A stretch of 64,000 bases of DNA from an uncultured Phycisphaerales bacterium (GCA_964542475.1 CAZIUL010000020.1:540-64539); one strand, 5' to 3'. Shown: positions 9,394 to 18,427, counted from the stretch's first letter. Made by a program: numbers and translations. The notes: a model not told the origin generated them from the sequence alone.

Positions 9394-9756
9394 CTATGAA
9401 CGGGCGAACAGCAGGTAGGGCAGCGGGGGTGATCTTATGCTGGGAAACAGGGTCGCAGGGTTCGAAAAGGGGCGTCTGTCCGGACATGCGCTTTCTCCGC
9501 ACAGGTTTTCCCATGCCAGAGGCTGAACATCGGCATCCTGAGGATAAATCACCTGGAGGCTGTTCAGCATCTGGCATTCAGGGCAGTTGTCCTGGTCGTG
9601 TTCCTTTCCATGTTCATGTTCATGTTCATGTTCCGCGTGAAAGATATGAACAACATGGTGAACAGGACCGGCACCCAACAAAAAAACCGAAAGGAGCAGC
9701 AGGACTCCGATCAGCCTTATCAAGGGCACATCTGTTTTTCGGTTATCTTGTTTCAT
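9394..9756 (-). CDS. Small membrane-anchored/secreted His-rich protein (HHVVHIFHAEHEHEHEHGKEHDQDNCPEC), putative metal-binding
   Basis: N-terminal hydrophobic segment; the (HE)n run is encoded by an in-frame (CATGTT)4 hexanucleotide repeat at 9609..9632; first gene of the metal-uptake strand. Confidence 0.45.
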   Translation of the reverse strand: MKQDNRKTDVPLIRLIGVLLLLSVFLLGAGPVHHVVHIFHAEHEHEHEHGKEHDQDNCPECQMLNSLQVIYPQDADVQPLAWENLCGESACPDRRPFSNPATLFPSIRSPPLPYLLFARS

Positions 9757-9840
9757 ATCGCTGCTGGTAAACTACCCGCTCCACTCCCGGATTGTCAAAC
9801 AATAAATGGTTTACCAGGACACTTCCGGGTTGTAGGCTAA

Positions 9841-10013
9841 CCCGCTTATTTCATACTCTTCGTCGCGAGGTAGCTGTAAACTGTGTTGTGGCAAGGCGCA
9901 TGCCAGGAGACGACCGCAGGCCTGTTCCTACAGGCTGAGGATCGTCTCCTGGCATGAAACGCAGCTACAGCGCAGGTTACAGTGCCGCAGCAGATGAGTA
10001 TGAAATAAGCGGG
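9841..10013. repeat. Palindromic MITE-like repeat, family A, copy 1 (~173 bp)
   Basis: Shares termini cccgc(t/a)tatttcat...atgaaataagcggg and the central hairpin caggagacga...tcgtctcctg with copies at 18534..18705 (inverted), 22111..22282 and 53539..53709; flanked by taa / ttaa. Confidence 0.8.
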
Positions 10014-10077
10014 TTAAAGCCTCGAACTCCTTTTCCTTGTCAATGTGACAAGGTTTACCTGTTGAGCCTGCATACAC

Positions 10078-12006
10078 ATGCCAAACCAAACGAAAGTTGA
10101 GCCGGTAACAACTGTAGAGGAGGCTGCTGAACCGGATGTAAGCCTTGCAGCATACCGAACAGGTACCGGCCGGTTCATTGTGCTTCTGCTCACGCTCGTG
10201 CTTCTTCTCCCCTTCCTGACCAAGGCGGTTACCTGCGACGATCCGCTTTTTTTGTGGGTGGCACGGCACATTCATATTCGAAAAGAAGCCCCGCTGTCAC
10301 CGTTTCTCGAAAAAATCCACGACCCGGAAAAAGCGCGCGTACTCAAGGAGCACATACTCAACCCATACGGGTTCGACGGGAACTGGTTCGGCGATACGGC
10401 GCCCATGCATCTGAACATCCAGAACCCGCCGCTCTCATCGTACTGGCTCGCCTTCGCGGGCCTGGCCGGGTGGGACGAGTGGTGGCTGCACCTTGCCATG
10501 CTCGTCTGGCCGCTGCTCGCCGTGGCGGGAACCATGCGCCTGGCTGGGCTGCTCAAGGCTGACCCGGTAAAAGCCGGGCTCCTGACCGTTGGAACGTCGG
10601 CGTTCCTGGTATCCGCCACAAACCTGATGTGCGATGTCATGCTGGTTGCGCTCATGGTCTGGTCCGTGCTCCTGTGGGTCGAGGGGCTCGAAGAAAAGGG
10701 ACGGCGTAAAGCCCGGCGGATCGCCGCGTCCGCGCTGCTCGCAGCCGCTGCCGGGCTCACCAAGTACTTTGGCGCGGCCCTGGTGCCGCTGCTCGCGGCG
10801 TACACCGTATTCCTGTGCCCGCGGGTGAAAAACCGGCTCGCATGCCTGTCAGCCCTGCTCTTTCCTGTTATCGTGCTGGCCGCGTGGGAGATCTGGACCA
10901 TGCATCTGTACGGCATGGGACACATGTTCGGTGCGGCAGAGTACACACAAAAAACAGGGGCTGTCATCTTCGGGTTCGACCGCGTATACGCCTTCCTTAC
11001 CTTTCTCGGCGGGTGCGTCTTGTGGCCGCTCGTGATCGTTCTTTTCGAGGGCGGATGGATCGTGCGCATGGCACTGCTTGTCAGTGGCGCGCTCGGCCCG
11101 CTCGGGCTCTGGCTGATCACCGCAAAACGAACAGCGGGTGCGCCCATGCTCTGGCTTCTTGAAACAGTCAACATGAACCGCAAAATAATATCATTTGAAA
11201 CTTACCTGCTCAGCGCGGTGTTCACAGCCGCGGGCCTGGCAACACTGATTCTCGTTGCGAACCGCCTACGGAAGCGCCGCTCCGACAACCGAGTCCGGCT
11301 TTCCGGGCTCTGGATCCTGGGTGTGCTTGCGTTCGCCGCGTTCATAAACTGGACCGTTGCAGCGCGCACCATCCTCCTTCTCGTGCCACCGCTCGCCATC
11401 CTGGCTGCAACGCACGCTCCTCCGCGCAAGGACAAGGGAGAGGTGCGGAACCGGCATCCGCTGCCGGGTGCGGCCAGCAGCCGAAAAGAGGCCTCGGCCT
11501 GGTGTAGCGCTGCGGTGCTCGGTGTGGCCGTGGCGTTTTGCGCGGCATGGAGCGACTTTGCGTGGGCAAACTCTGTACGCGGTCATGCCCGAGAGATCAT
11601 GCACAGGCACGGGAGGGAAAACCAAAGAGTGCTCTTCTACGGGCACTGGGGCTTCCAGTACTACATGCAGGAGCTCGGCGCGGGGCCGGCCGCCATGGCC
11701 GAAGCGGACAGCGGGTTTTTCCCGGGCGACCTCATCGTGTTCCCAAAGAACAACTACATCGTGCCTTACAAGAGCTTCAAGAAACGGAAAGAGTGGGAGA
11801 TCCTGGAGGAAAAGGCCGCCGAAGGGCTTCCGTACTTATGCCTCACCGATGTTACGGGAGGCGCCGGGTTCTACGGCCACAAGGTCGGTCCGCTGCCGAT
11901 CTGCGTGCCTGAAGAGGAGCCGGATGTCTACGCTGTCATGAGACGCCGCCACAGGTCCGAAGAGCCGGGCAGCACCATGGAACAGGATCAGGGCCGGGAA
12001 AAATGA
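10078..12006 (+). CDS. Polytopic membrane glycosyltransferase, GT39/ArnT/PMT-like (lipid carrier-dependent)
   Basis: 642 aa with about 11 predicted TM helices, a conserved acidic motif near the N-terminus (CDDPLF) and a large C-terminal soluble domain; stop overlaps the start of the next gene (ATGA). Confidence 0.6.
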   Translation: MPNQTKVEPVTTVEEAAEPDVSLAAYRTGTGRFIVLLLTLVLLLPFLTKAVTCDDPLFLWVARHIHIRKEAPLSPFLEKIHDPEKARVLKEHILNPYGFDGNWFGDTAPMHLNIQNPPLSSYWLAFAGLAGWDEWWLHLAMLVWPLLAVAGTMRLAGLLKADPVKAGLLTVGTSAFLVSATNLMCDVMLVALMVWSVLLWVEGLEEKGRRKARRIAASALLAAAAGLTKYFGAALVPLLAAYTVFLCPRVKNRLACLSALLFPVIVLAAWEIWTMHLYGMGHMFGAAEYTQKTGAVIFGFDRVYAFLTFLGGCVLWPLVIVLFEGGWIVRMALLVSGALGPLGLWLITAKRTAGAPMLWLLETVNMNRKIISFETYLLSAVFTAAGLATLILVANRLRKRRSDNRVRLSGLWILGVLAFAAFINWTVAARTILLLVPPLAILAATHAPPRKDKGEVRNRHPLPGAASSRKEASAWCSAAVLGVAVAFCAAWSDFAWANSVRGHAREIMHRHGRENQRVLFYGHWGFQYYMQELGAGPAAMAEADSGFFPGDLIVFPKNNYIVPYKSFKKRKEWEILEEKAAEGLPYLCLTDVTGGAGFYGHKVGPLPICVPEEEPDVYAVMRRRHRSEEPGSTMEQDQGREK

Positions 12007-13646
12007 GCGCTACTGACACCAAAAAACAACGCCTTGTCCTGGGGATATGCGCCTTCCTCGTCGTCTCCACTGTCGCGCTTTACTGGCCGGTGAATAGCTT
12101 CGATTTTTTTGTTCTCGACGACCTCGAGTTCGTTGCTGGAAACCCGAGTGTGAACACCGGCCTGTCCTGGAGCAACACTGCCTGGGCATTCACAAGCGCT
12201 CATGAAGGAAACTGGCAGCCTTTAACATGGCTCTCCCACATGCTTGACTGCGAGCTTTTCGGAATAGAGGATCCGGGTCCGCACCACCTGTCGAACCTCT
12301 TCTTCCATGTGGTTAACGCGCTCCTGCTGTTTCTGCTCCTCGAAAAGATGACAAACAAAACGTGGCGGAGCGGGTTCGTCGCAGCGGTTTTCGCGCTCCA
12401 CCCGCTGCACATTGAATCGGTAGCCTGGGTGTCTGAGAGAAAAGATGTGCTGAGCGCGTTTTTCTGGCTCTTGACAGTGCATGCCTACATCAGCTACACG
12501 GCGCGCCCTGGAAAGGGCAGGTATGCGGCGGTCCTTGTTCTTTACATTTTCGGGCTCATGGCAAAGCCGATGGTGGTCACGCTTCCTTTCGTGCTTCTCA
12601 TCCTCGATTTCTGGCCGCTCAGGAGGTTCGGAATCGTAAAAGGAAAAGCCGCTGTTTCCCTGGTGATGGAAAAGCTGCCACTGATCGTTCTTGCGGCGGC
12701 GCTCGGCGCGGCCACCATCATGGTTCAGCAGAAAGAAGGGCTGATCAACCCCGAGGGCTCTCTCCCGCTCGGCATAAGAGCGGGAAACGCGTTCATCACC
12801 TACCTGGTTTACATCTGGAAGACCATCTGGCCGTCAGGGCTTTCCTTCTACTACCTTCTCAGGCCGGAGGATGTTTCGGTGTGGAAAGCAGCCGGCTCCT
12901 TTTCTGCGATCCTGCTCATCACCGCAGCAGCCCTGTTTTACACGAAACGCAGCGGTTTTTTCGTTGCGGGGTGGTTGTGGTACCTGCTGTCGCTGATCCC
13001 GGTCATTGGCATGATCCAGCTCGTGAACCAGGCAAGGGCTGACCGTTACACGTACATTCCGCTCGTCGGCATCCTCGTGGTTACCGCCTGGGGAGTCCCA
13101 GCACTGGTCGCCGGCCTGCGGTTCCAAAGGGTTTTCCTCGGAGCCTGCATGATCGCAATCATCCCCGCGCTCGCGCTTTCCTCATCCGAACAGCTGCCGC
13201 ACTGGAAAAACAGCGAATCCGTGTGCAGGCGCATGATAGAACTGGACCCGGACCACCACTGGGCACACAACTGCCTAGGCAGGGTGTTGAAGGAAAACAA
13301 CAGGATTGAAGAGGCTGAAGAACACTTTAGAAAAGCCATCGCGATCAGGCCCGGCTATGCCAAGCCGTACAACCACCTCGGTATCATTTCTGCCGAAAGA
13401 AACGAGCTGGACAAGGCAGCGGAGTATTTCCGAAAAGCCGCCGAAAGAAAGCCCGACTACATCGAGGCATGGCGCAACCTGGGAGCAGCCTACGCGTGCA
13501 TCGGGGATCCGGCGGCTGCTTATTCATGCTTCTGCAAGGCGATCGAGTTGGACCCATCAAACGCAGGCTTGCGCGCGGACCTGGAAAAAGTGATGATCCA
13601 AGGAAAAGGCCCTGCTCAAGTGCAGCCCGAAGATGCGGAAAAATGA
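12003..13646 (+). CDS. TMTC-like protein: DUF1736-type transmembrane domain plus C-terminal TPR repeats (putative protein O-mannosyltransferase-like)
   Basis: Motifs FVLDDLEFVAGNP, HPLHIESVAWVSERKD and a C-terminal TPR array (AIAIRPGYAKPYNHLG...); translationally coupled to the GT39-like gene. Confidence 0.7.
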   Translation: MSATDTKKQRLVLGICAFLVVSTVALYWPVNSFDFFVLDDLEFVAGNPSVNTGLSWSNTAWAFTSAHEGNWQPLTWLSHMLDCELFGIEDPGPHHLSNLFFHVVNALLLFLLLEKMTNKTWRSGFVAAVFALHPLHIESVAWVSERKDVLSAFFWLLTVHAYISYTARPGKGRYAAVLVLYIFGLMAKPMVVTLPFVLLILDFWPLRRFGIVKGKAAVSLVMEKLPLIVLAAALGAATIMVQQKEGLINPEGSLPLGIRAGNAFITYLVYIWKTIWPSGLSFYYLLRPEDVSVWKAAGSFSAILLITAAALFYTKRSGFFVAGWLWYLLSLIPVIGMIQLVNQARADRYTYIPLVGILVVTAWGVPALVAGLRFQRVFLGACMIAIIPALALSSSEQLPHWKNSESVCRRMIELDPDHHWAHNCLGRVLKENNRIEEAEEHFRKAIAIRPGYAKPYNHLGIISAERNELDKAAEYFRKAAERKPDYIEAWRNLGAAYACIGDPAAAYSCFCKAIELDPSNAGLRADLEKVMIQGKGPAQVQPEDAEK

Positions 13647-13884
13647 TATTTATTTTACTTTTTTTCCACTTTTTTATGGAAACAATCACATACCTGATAT
13701 GATATCATCTGTTTTTGTGTTAGTAAGTCGACCGAGCGGACAAGGTATGCGACAGTTCTCTTTTGTTTCTGCCCAGACCACAACCTCGCCTTCGTCTTTG
13801 CTGACATTTAGGGGCTGTTTAACAGCCGCTTTCCCGGTTCAGGGGAAGGTATTAGTTTTTTCAAATGGTTAGCTGGAGATTGTT

Positions 13885-14187
13885 ATGGGTAAGAAACTGT
13901 ATGTCGGAAATATCAGCTACGATCTTGATGATGCAGCACTGAAAGAGATGTTCAGTGCCCACGGAACCGTTGAGGATTCTCAGGTTATTGTGGACCGCTA
14001 CACAAGCAAGAGCAGAGGTTTCGGGTTCGTGGAAATGAGCAGCGATGAAGAAGCACAGGCTGCTATTGAAGCGTTGGACGGCCAGGAGATTTCGGGCCGG
14101 GCCATCAAGGTCAACGAGGCCAGGCCACGCAAGGATCGCGATGACCGCGGAGGCGGCGGCGGAGGCGGCGGCAATCGCCGTTATTGA
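13885..14187 (+). CDS. RRM-type RNA-binding protein with Gly-rich tail
   Basis: RNP-2 LYVGNISY and RNP-1 RGFGFVEM, with a C-terminal RGGGGGGGGNRRY tail; preceded by a 230-bp AT-rich leader. Confidence 0.9.
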   Translation: MGKKLYVGNISYDLDDAALKEMFSAHGTVEDSQVIVDRYTSKSRGFGFVEMSSDEEAQAAIEALDGQEISGRAIKVNEARPRKDRDDRGGGGGGGGNRRY

Positions 14188-14215
14188 TAGACTGACAGTA
14201 CATTTACGATTCGAA

Positions 14216-14250
14216 AAAGAGACCTTGGATTTTTCAAGGTCTCTTTTTTT
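14216..14250 (+). terminator. Rho-independent terminator after the RRM gene
   Basis: Hairpin aagagaccttg / caaggtctctt followed by a run of 7 T. Confidence 0.8.
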
Positions 14251-14282
14251 AGGCACCCTTCTTTTTTACACCGGTATTATCT

Positions 14283-15320
14283 TTACCCTGGAATTATCCC
14301 GGTTAGTCCCTTCAGCAGCATGCGCCCCATCACGGACTTGACACTCATCAAAGGGTTGGAGCTGTAGAACCCCAGCCTGTCCAGGTAGTAGTCGATCACC
14401 ATGTCATCCAGGGCCTCTTCCAAAGGATAGCCTCCCTTTCCGTCATGGATGCGTACGAGCATCCTGAAAAGGCCTACACGCTTCATTTCATCCATCATCG
14501 AAGTGACACTCGATCCGCTTTTTACTCCCCCCATCAGTGCGGTTTCATCTTCATTAAGATCCCAGGCCGCGTCACCGATCCTGAAGCCTTTGCACGAGCC
14601 GTCCGCCACAACCGGCTCCAGAAGCCCGCCATCCTCCCCGCCCGCATGCGAAGCATCGGTCACATCCCAGTTGCCGCCCGACAGCACAAAGCTCCCTCTG
14701 CTGTAGTCCCTCGGTTCGTGAACACGGCCTGTCCTGTTGTTGGAGAGCGTAAAGCTTCGGCAGACGGTTCCCTTTGCCTTGTCGGTTTTTTTGCGGCGGG
14801 CGGATGTTATCCTGCTGCAGCGAAGCAGAGTCTTCAGCGTTGCTATCGAGTGGTACTTGTACGCCGAATGATGAAACTCCACGTGTTCCGGATCACCAGG
14901 AACACAGCGCAAAGTCTCCATGTACAAGAAATCGAAACAGGGAAGCGCTATGCAGTCTTCAGCTGCCCACGCGTTTTTGAACCTTTGGAAAAAGCCCGCG
15001 TGGCAGAAGTGCTTGAAAAGGAGCGCCGGCGTTTCAATCAGCAGATCGATCCCTGACACGTCATGAGCACACAATGTTTTCAGCACACGCGGAAAGTTCG
15101 GCTTTGTCACAGCCACGTACACGAGGTCAACCCCGTCCAGGTCCGATCCGCTGAAAAGGTCCATGTCCGCGGGTTCGATCTTCGCTCCCTTGAACTCCAG
15201 CGCATCGCTGTCCTTGGAAAAGACCTTTTGTATCGAATAACACCGGCTCAGCCTCTCCAGCACGGGCAGGGTCGTGGAGCGCACCCTGCCCCCCGAGCCG
15301 ATCATCAGTATCTTTTTCAT
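14283..15320 (-). CDS. Hypothetical protein with N-terminal Rossmann NAD(P)-binding motif (Gfo/Idh/MocA-like?)
   Basis: MKKILMIGSGGRVRS... GxGxxG-like N-terminus; no clear further homology visible by eye. Confidence 0.4.
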   Translation of the reverse strand: MKKILMIGSGGRVRSTTLPVLERLSRCYSIQKVFSKDSDALEFKGAKIEPADMDLFSGSDLDGVDLVYVAVTKPNFPRVLKTLCAHDVSGIDLLIETPALLFKHFCHAGFFQRFKNAWAAEDCIALPCFDFLYMETLRCVPGDPEHVEFHHSAYKYHSIATLKTLLRCSRITSARRKKTDKAKGTVCRSFTLSNNRTGRVHEPRDYSRGSFVLSGGNWDVTDASHAGGEDGGLLEPVVADGSCKGFRIGDAAWDLNEDETALMGGVKSGSSVTSMMDEMKRVGLFRMLVRIHDGKGGYPLEEALDDMVIDYYLDRLGFYSSNPLMSVKSVMGRMLLKGLTGIIPG

Positions 15321-15336
15321 CTGTTGCTCCGATGCA

Positions 15337-17022
15337 CTATTCGGGTCCTAAAACATTGCTTTCGAGATGTCTCGCAAGCCTGATGGAAAGCGCGACCATG
15401 GTATAGGTAGGGTTGGCGCACCCGCTAGTCGGGAAGACCGATCCGCCGGCCATGTAGACGTTGTCCACATCGTGAAGGCGGCAGTCCCTGTTCACCACTG
15501 ATTCGCGCGGGTCAATGCCCATCCGCGTGGTGCCCATGTGATGCGAGGCATCCAGGTCGATGGGCCAGCTCTTTTCCTCGCGCAGGTTTGATACCATGTG
15601 CCCGAAGCTGTTTTGCGACAGCTCATCCTTGAGAACATCATGCAGCGCTATCATCGAACGCTTGTCCAGCTCCGTGCACTCGTGCCGCACCACGGGGAGG
15701 GGCCGGCCGTAAACATCGTTCTCGCCGCCCAGCATCACCCGGTTCTCCGGCCGCGGCTCCATCTCCATGAAGTTCCTGAGCCTGATCGTTTTTATCCTGG
15801 GCGCGCTCCTTGCAACAAGCCTGAAATACAGGTATCTCAGGACCTGTGGAAAGTTGATAAAAACCGTGATAAAAAGCATTACCCATGCGTAAACGGTCTT
15901 CCTCTCGTTCTGCAGCTCGGTGTCATCCCCGGTTTCGGAATAGTCCCTCAAGGAGACAAGTTTCCCCTGCTTCGACTTCTTCCAGCGGCTCATCAGAAAC
16001 CGGCACTGTTTCGCCAGAAAAACCAGGGCTTCGACGCCTCTGTTGTCCGACCACGGAAAAAGCGGCTCGAAACGCAGGTAAGAGTTGAGCACACCTTTTT
16101 CCTTTTGGACCTTTTGGTCGAGCTTGAGTCCCGCATAGCCCGCGTAACCCTGATACATGCAACCGAAGTAGTAGGGAAGCTCTTTTATGGGCTGGTTCAG
16201 CCTGATAATGCCATAGTAGTTTTTCGGGTGGTTCATGAAGTAGCGGCCGACACAGCCGTGCCCGTTGCCGAGCCCCTGCTCGCACAGGTCGTTAGAATTC
16301 AGGAGGATCCTCGCGTTTTCGATGCCGCCGGTCGCCAGGATATAAACCCGGGCTTTCACCTCGAAAGTCCGCCCGGCACTCGTCCTGATGATACCCGAAT
16401 CAGCCCTTTGCCCGCTCTTGTCGCATTGAATGCGGATCAGGGTTGCATCGAGGTAGAGGTCGAGCGGCGCCTGCTTCGATTCGAAAATGTGCTTGTACTC
16501 GCTGCCGAAGTTCTGCGGCTCCTGGGCGGACATGAACACCTTCTCCGTCACCTCATTCCACGAGAGCTGCAAATCGCCCTTTTTCTTGACCGGATTCAGC
16601 CCCCCGGACAGGAAAAGGCTGAGAGGAGGGAACCGGTAACGTTTTGAAGCCGCCTCGTAGAACGGCAGGAGCTCATCGCGCGAAATCGGCCAGCCCTCCA
16701 CCCCGCCGGTCCCGACCGAAGGCCTCGGTTTCATCTCCGCCTCGTCCAGGGGGCTGGAAAGCGCCGACCATGTGGTGGAGGCTCCGCCGAGGACGCGCTC
16801 GCGTGAGTACTCCTTTATGCGGATACCTTCGCTTTCAACCTTTCGGAGCCCATCACCGTGCTTCGTGGGTTTCAGGCCCCCGCTTTCAAGAACACATATC
16901 CTTATACCAGAGTCCCTGAGCTCGTTCGCCACGGTCATACCTGACGGACCCGACCCCACGATCACGAGGTCATATTCAGGCAGTGTGGTGTTTTTCGAAC
17001 TGTTGAGATCTGAAATCATCAT
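15337..17022 (-). CDS. GMC-family FAD-dependent oxidoreductase (choline/glucose dehydrogenase-like); start trimmed to MMISD at 17022
   Basis: N-terminal FAD-binding YDLVIVGSGPSG and a C-terminal GMC signature region (HHMGTTRMG...VDNVYMAGGSVFPTSGCANPT). Confidence 0.8.
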   Translation of the reverse strand: MMISDLNSSKNTTLPEYDLVIVGSGPSGMTVANELRDSGIRICVLESGGLKPTKHGDGLRKVESEGIRIKEYSRERVLGGASTTWSALSSPLDEAEMKPRPSVGTGGVEGWPISRDELLPFYEAASKRYRFPPLSLFLSGGLNPVKKKGDLQLSWNEVTEKVFMSAQEPQNFGSEYKHIFESKQAPLDLYLDATLIRIQCDKSGQRADSGIIRTSAGRTFEVKARVYILATGGIENARILLNSNDLCEQGLGNGHGCVGRYFMNHPKNYYGIIRLNQPIKELPYYFGCMYQGYAGYAGLKLDQKVQKEKGVLNSYLRFEPLFPWSDNRGVEALVFLAKQCRFLMSRWKKSKQGKLVSLRDYSETGDDTELQNERKTVYAWVMLFITVFINFPQVLRYLYFRLVARSAPRIKTIRLRNFMEMEPRPENRVMLGGENDVYGRPLPVVRHECTELDKRSMIALHDVLKDELSQNSFGHMVSNLREEKSWPIDLDASHHMGTTRMGIDPRESVVNRDCRLHDVDNVYMAGGSVFPTSGCANPTYTMVALSIRLARHLESNVLGPE

Positions 17023-17068
17023 GCCATCCCGTATTCGAACACGAACGCGCAAGCAAAGCGGTTCATCA

Positions 17069-18427
17069 TCAGTTGATGTCGTTGTCGTTGTTGCCGTTGT
17101 TTTTGTTGAGAACGATCTGTAACGTGGGCACGACCGGTTCCGGAGGCGGTCTTGCACCGGCTGTCTCGCCGAGTACATCCAGGTCTCCGTCTCCATCCAT
17201 GTCTACCAGTGTAAGGTGATGGAGCGCTGCAAGGTCAGAGCGCACCCTGCATTCGGCCCAGACACGCCCGCCGTTTCTATCGGTTTTGCCCGCGAAGATC
17301 ACAAGTGTCCCGTCCCTGTCGTTCCAGGAGGGGTTATCCACGCTCCCGGGCGTCTTTCGCCAGTTCATCGCTCCGGTGACCACATCAAGCACATCGTTGC
17401 CGTCCAGGTCCGCCACCCCAAGGTTTTCGGGATCCTGCTCCACGGTGCCGAGCACCTTTGCCCGCCCCCTGATCTCGGCGCCCGGCCCGGTCCTGTTGAA
17501 CCAGATCCCTATTCTGGACGAACCCACGCGGTGCGAGTGCCCCTCCGAGAAAACGAGGTCCGCGTCTTTGTCACCATCCATGTCAGTAGCCACGATGTTC
17601 GACGGGGAAAAGTTCGTTGTCCAGGAAAAACCGGTCCAGGCCTCATCCAGCTTTCCTTTCGGGTTCAGCCAGACCGTTCTGTACTGAACAATGTCATTGA
17701 AACCGTCCCCATCGATGTCAGCCGCGCACAAACCGAAATCCACAGGCCGCACAAACCCATCCGGGCCCGTGATCGGAACCCTGCGCCATATCGCGCGCGT
17801 CCCCTGGTTTTCGAGCTTGTAAACAGCCAGCCAATCGTTCTCCCTGTCCGTGCTTTCGATATAAGCGGCTCCGCGCGGAGCAATGATCTCGGGCACACCG
17901 TCGTTGTCCAGGTCCGAGGCAACAATGTCGTGCAGGAAGTTTCCTGGAACGGGATCGAGAACGAAGCGCTCCCATTCGTCCGCTCTGACACCCGGATTCT
18001 TCCACCAGAACAGAAGGCCGGGCATGGTCCTGTTGTCCGCACCTCCCCCGCCTGCTGAAACCAGGTCCGGCAGTCCGTCCAGGTCCATGTCCAGCACGAG
18101 CAGTCCGTTCGCGCACCCTTCGCAATCGATTGTATGGCGGCAAAAGCACAGGCCTTTGTTCTCCCGCTCCAGCCAGAAAACCATGTCAGGCCCGACTGCG
18201 GCGATATCCAGGTCGTCATCGAGGTCAAGATCGCATGCGCTCACAGCGCCGGGCAATGACCAGGTGCGCGAATCCAGCACCACTACAGAATCCCCATTCC
18301 ACGCGCCCTCGAGGAAAACAACCGAATCAGGCGGCTCGATCCCCGGGCCGCACCCCACAGCTTGCGCCAGGAGCAAGATGACCGGAAAAACCAGCCTGAA
18401 GGTTTCCAGCGTCATACGGTAAAACAC
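17069..18427 (-). CDS. FG-GAP/VCBS-repeat lipoprotein (integrin-alpha-like beta-propeller)
   Basis: Signal peptide plus lipobox AVGC; multiple DxDGDGxxD calcium-binding-like FG-GAP repeats. Confidence 0.6.
   Translation of the reverse strand: MFYRMTLETFRLVFPVILLLAQAVGCGPGIEPPDSVVFLEGAWNGDSVVVLDSRTWSLPGAVSACDLDLDDDLDIAAVGPDMVFWLERENKGLCFCRHTIDCEGCANGLLVLDMDLDGLPDLVSAGGGGADNRTMPGLLFWWKNPGVRADEWERFVLDPVPGNFLHDIVASDLDNDGVPEIIAPRGAAYIESTDRENDWLAVYKLENQGTRAIWRRVPITGPDGFVRPVDFGLCAADIDGDGFNDIVQYRTVWLNPKGKLDEAWTGFSWTTNFSPSNIVATDMDGDKDADLVFSEGHSHRVGSSRIGIWFNRTGPGAEIRGRAKVLGTVEQDPENLGVADLDGNDVLDVVTGAMNWRKTPGSVDNPSWNDRDGTLVIFAGKTDRNGGRVWAECRVRSDLAALHHLTLVDMDGDGDLDVLGETAGARPPPEPVVPTLQIVLNKNNGNNDNDIN

Noticed and set aside
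9603-9640. Possible CRISPR or microsatellite
   Set aside because: It is a 4-unit in-frame hexanucleotide tandem repeat inside a CDS, not spacer-repeat architecture. No CRISPR array or cas genes are seen anywhere in the window.
9372-9770. Plus-strand ORF with an HVHVHVHV run
   Set aside because: Reverse-strand shadow of the His-rich gene; the hexanucleotide repeat reads as (HV)n on the wrong strand.
10272-11183. 303-aa minus-strand ORF
   Set aside because: Antisense to the GT39-like gene, whose plus-strand product has a coherent TM-helix pattern.
15598-16647. 349-aa plus-strand ORF
   Set aside because: Antisense to the GMC oxidoreductase gene, which has clear FAD and GMC motifs.
17216-18058. 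280-aa plus-strand ORF
   Set aside because: Antisense to the FG-GAP lipoprotein gene.
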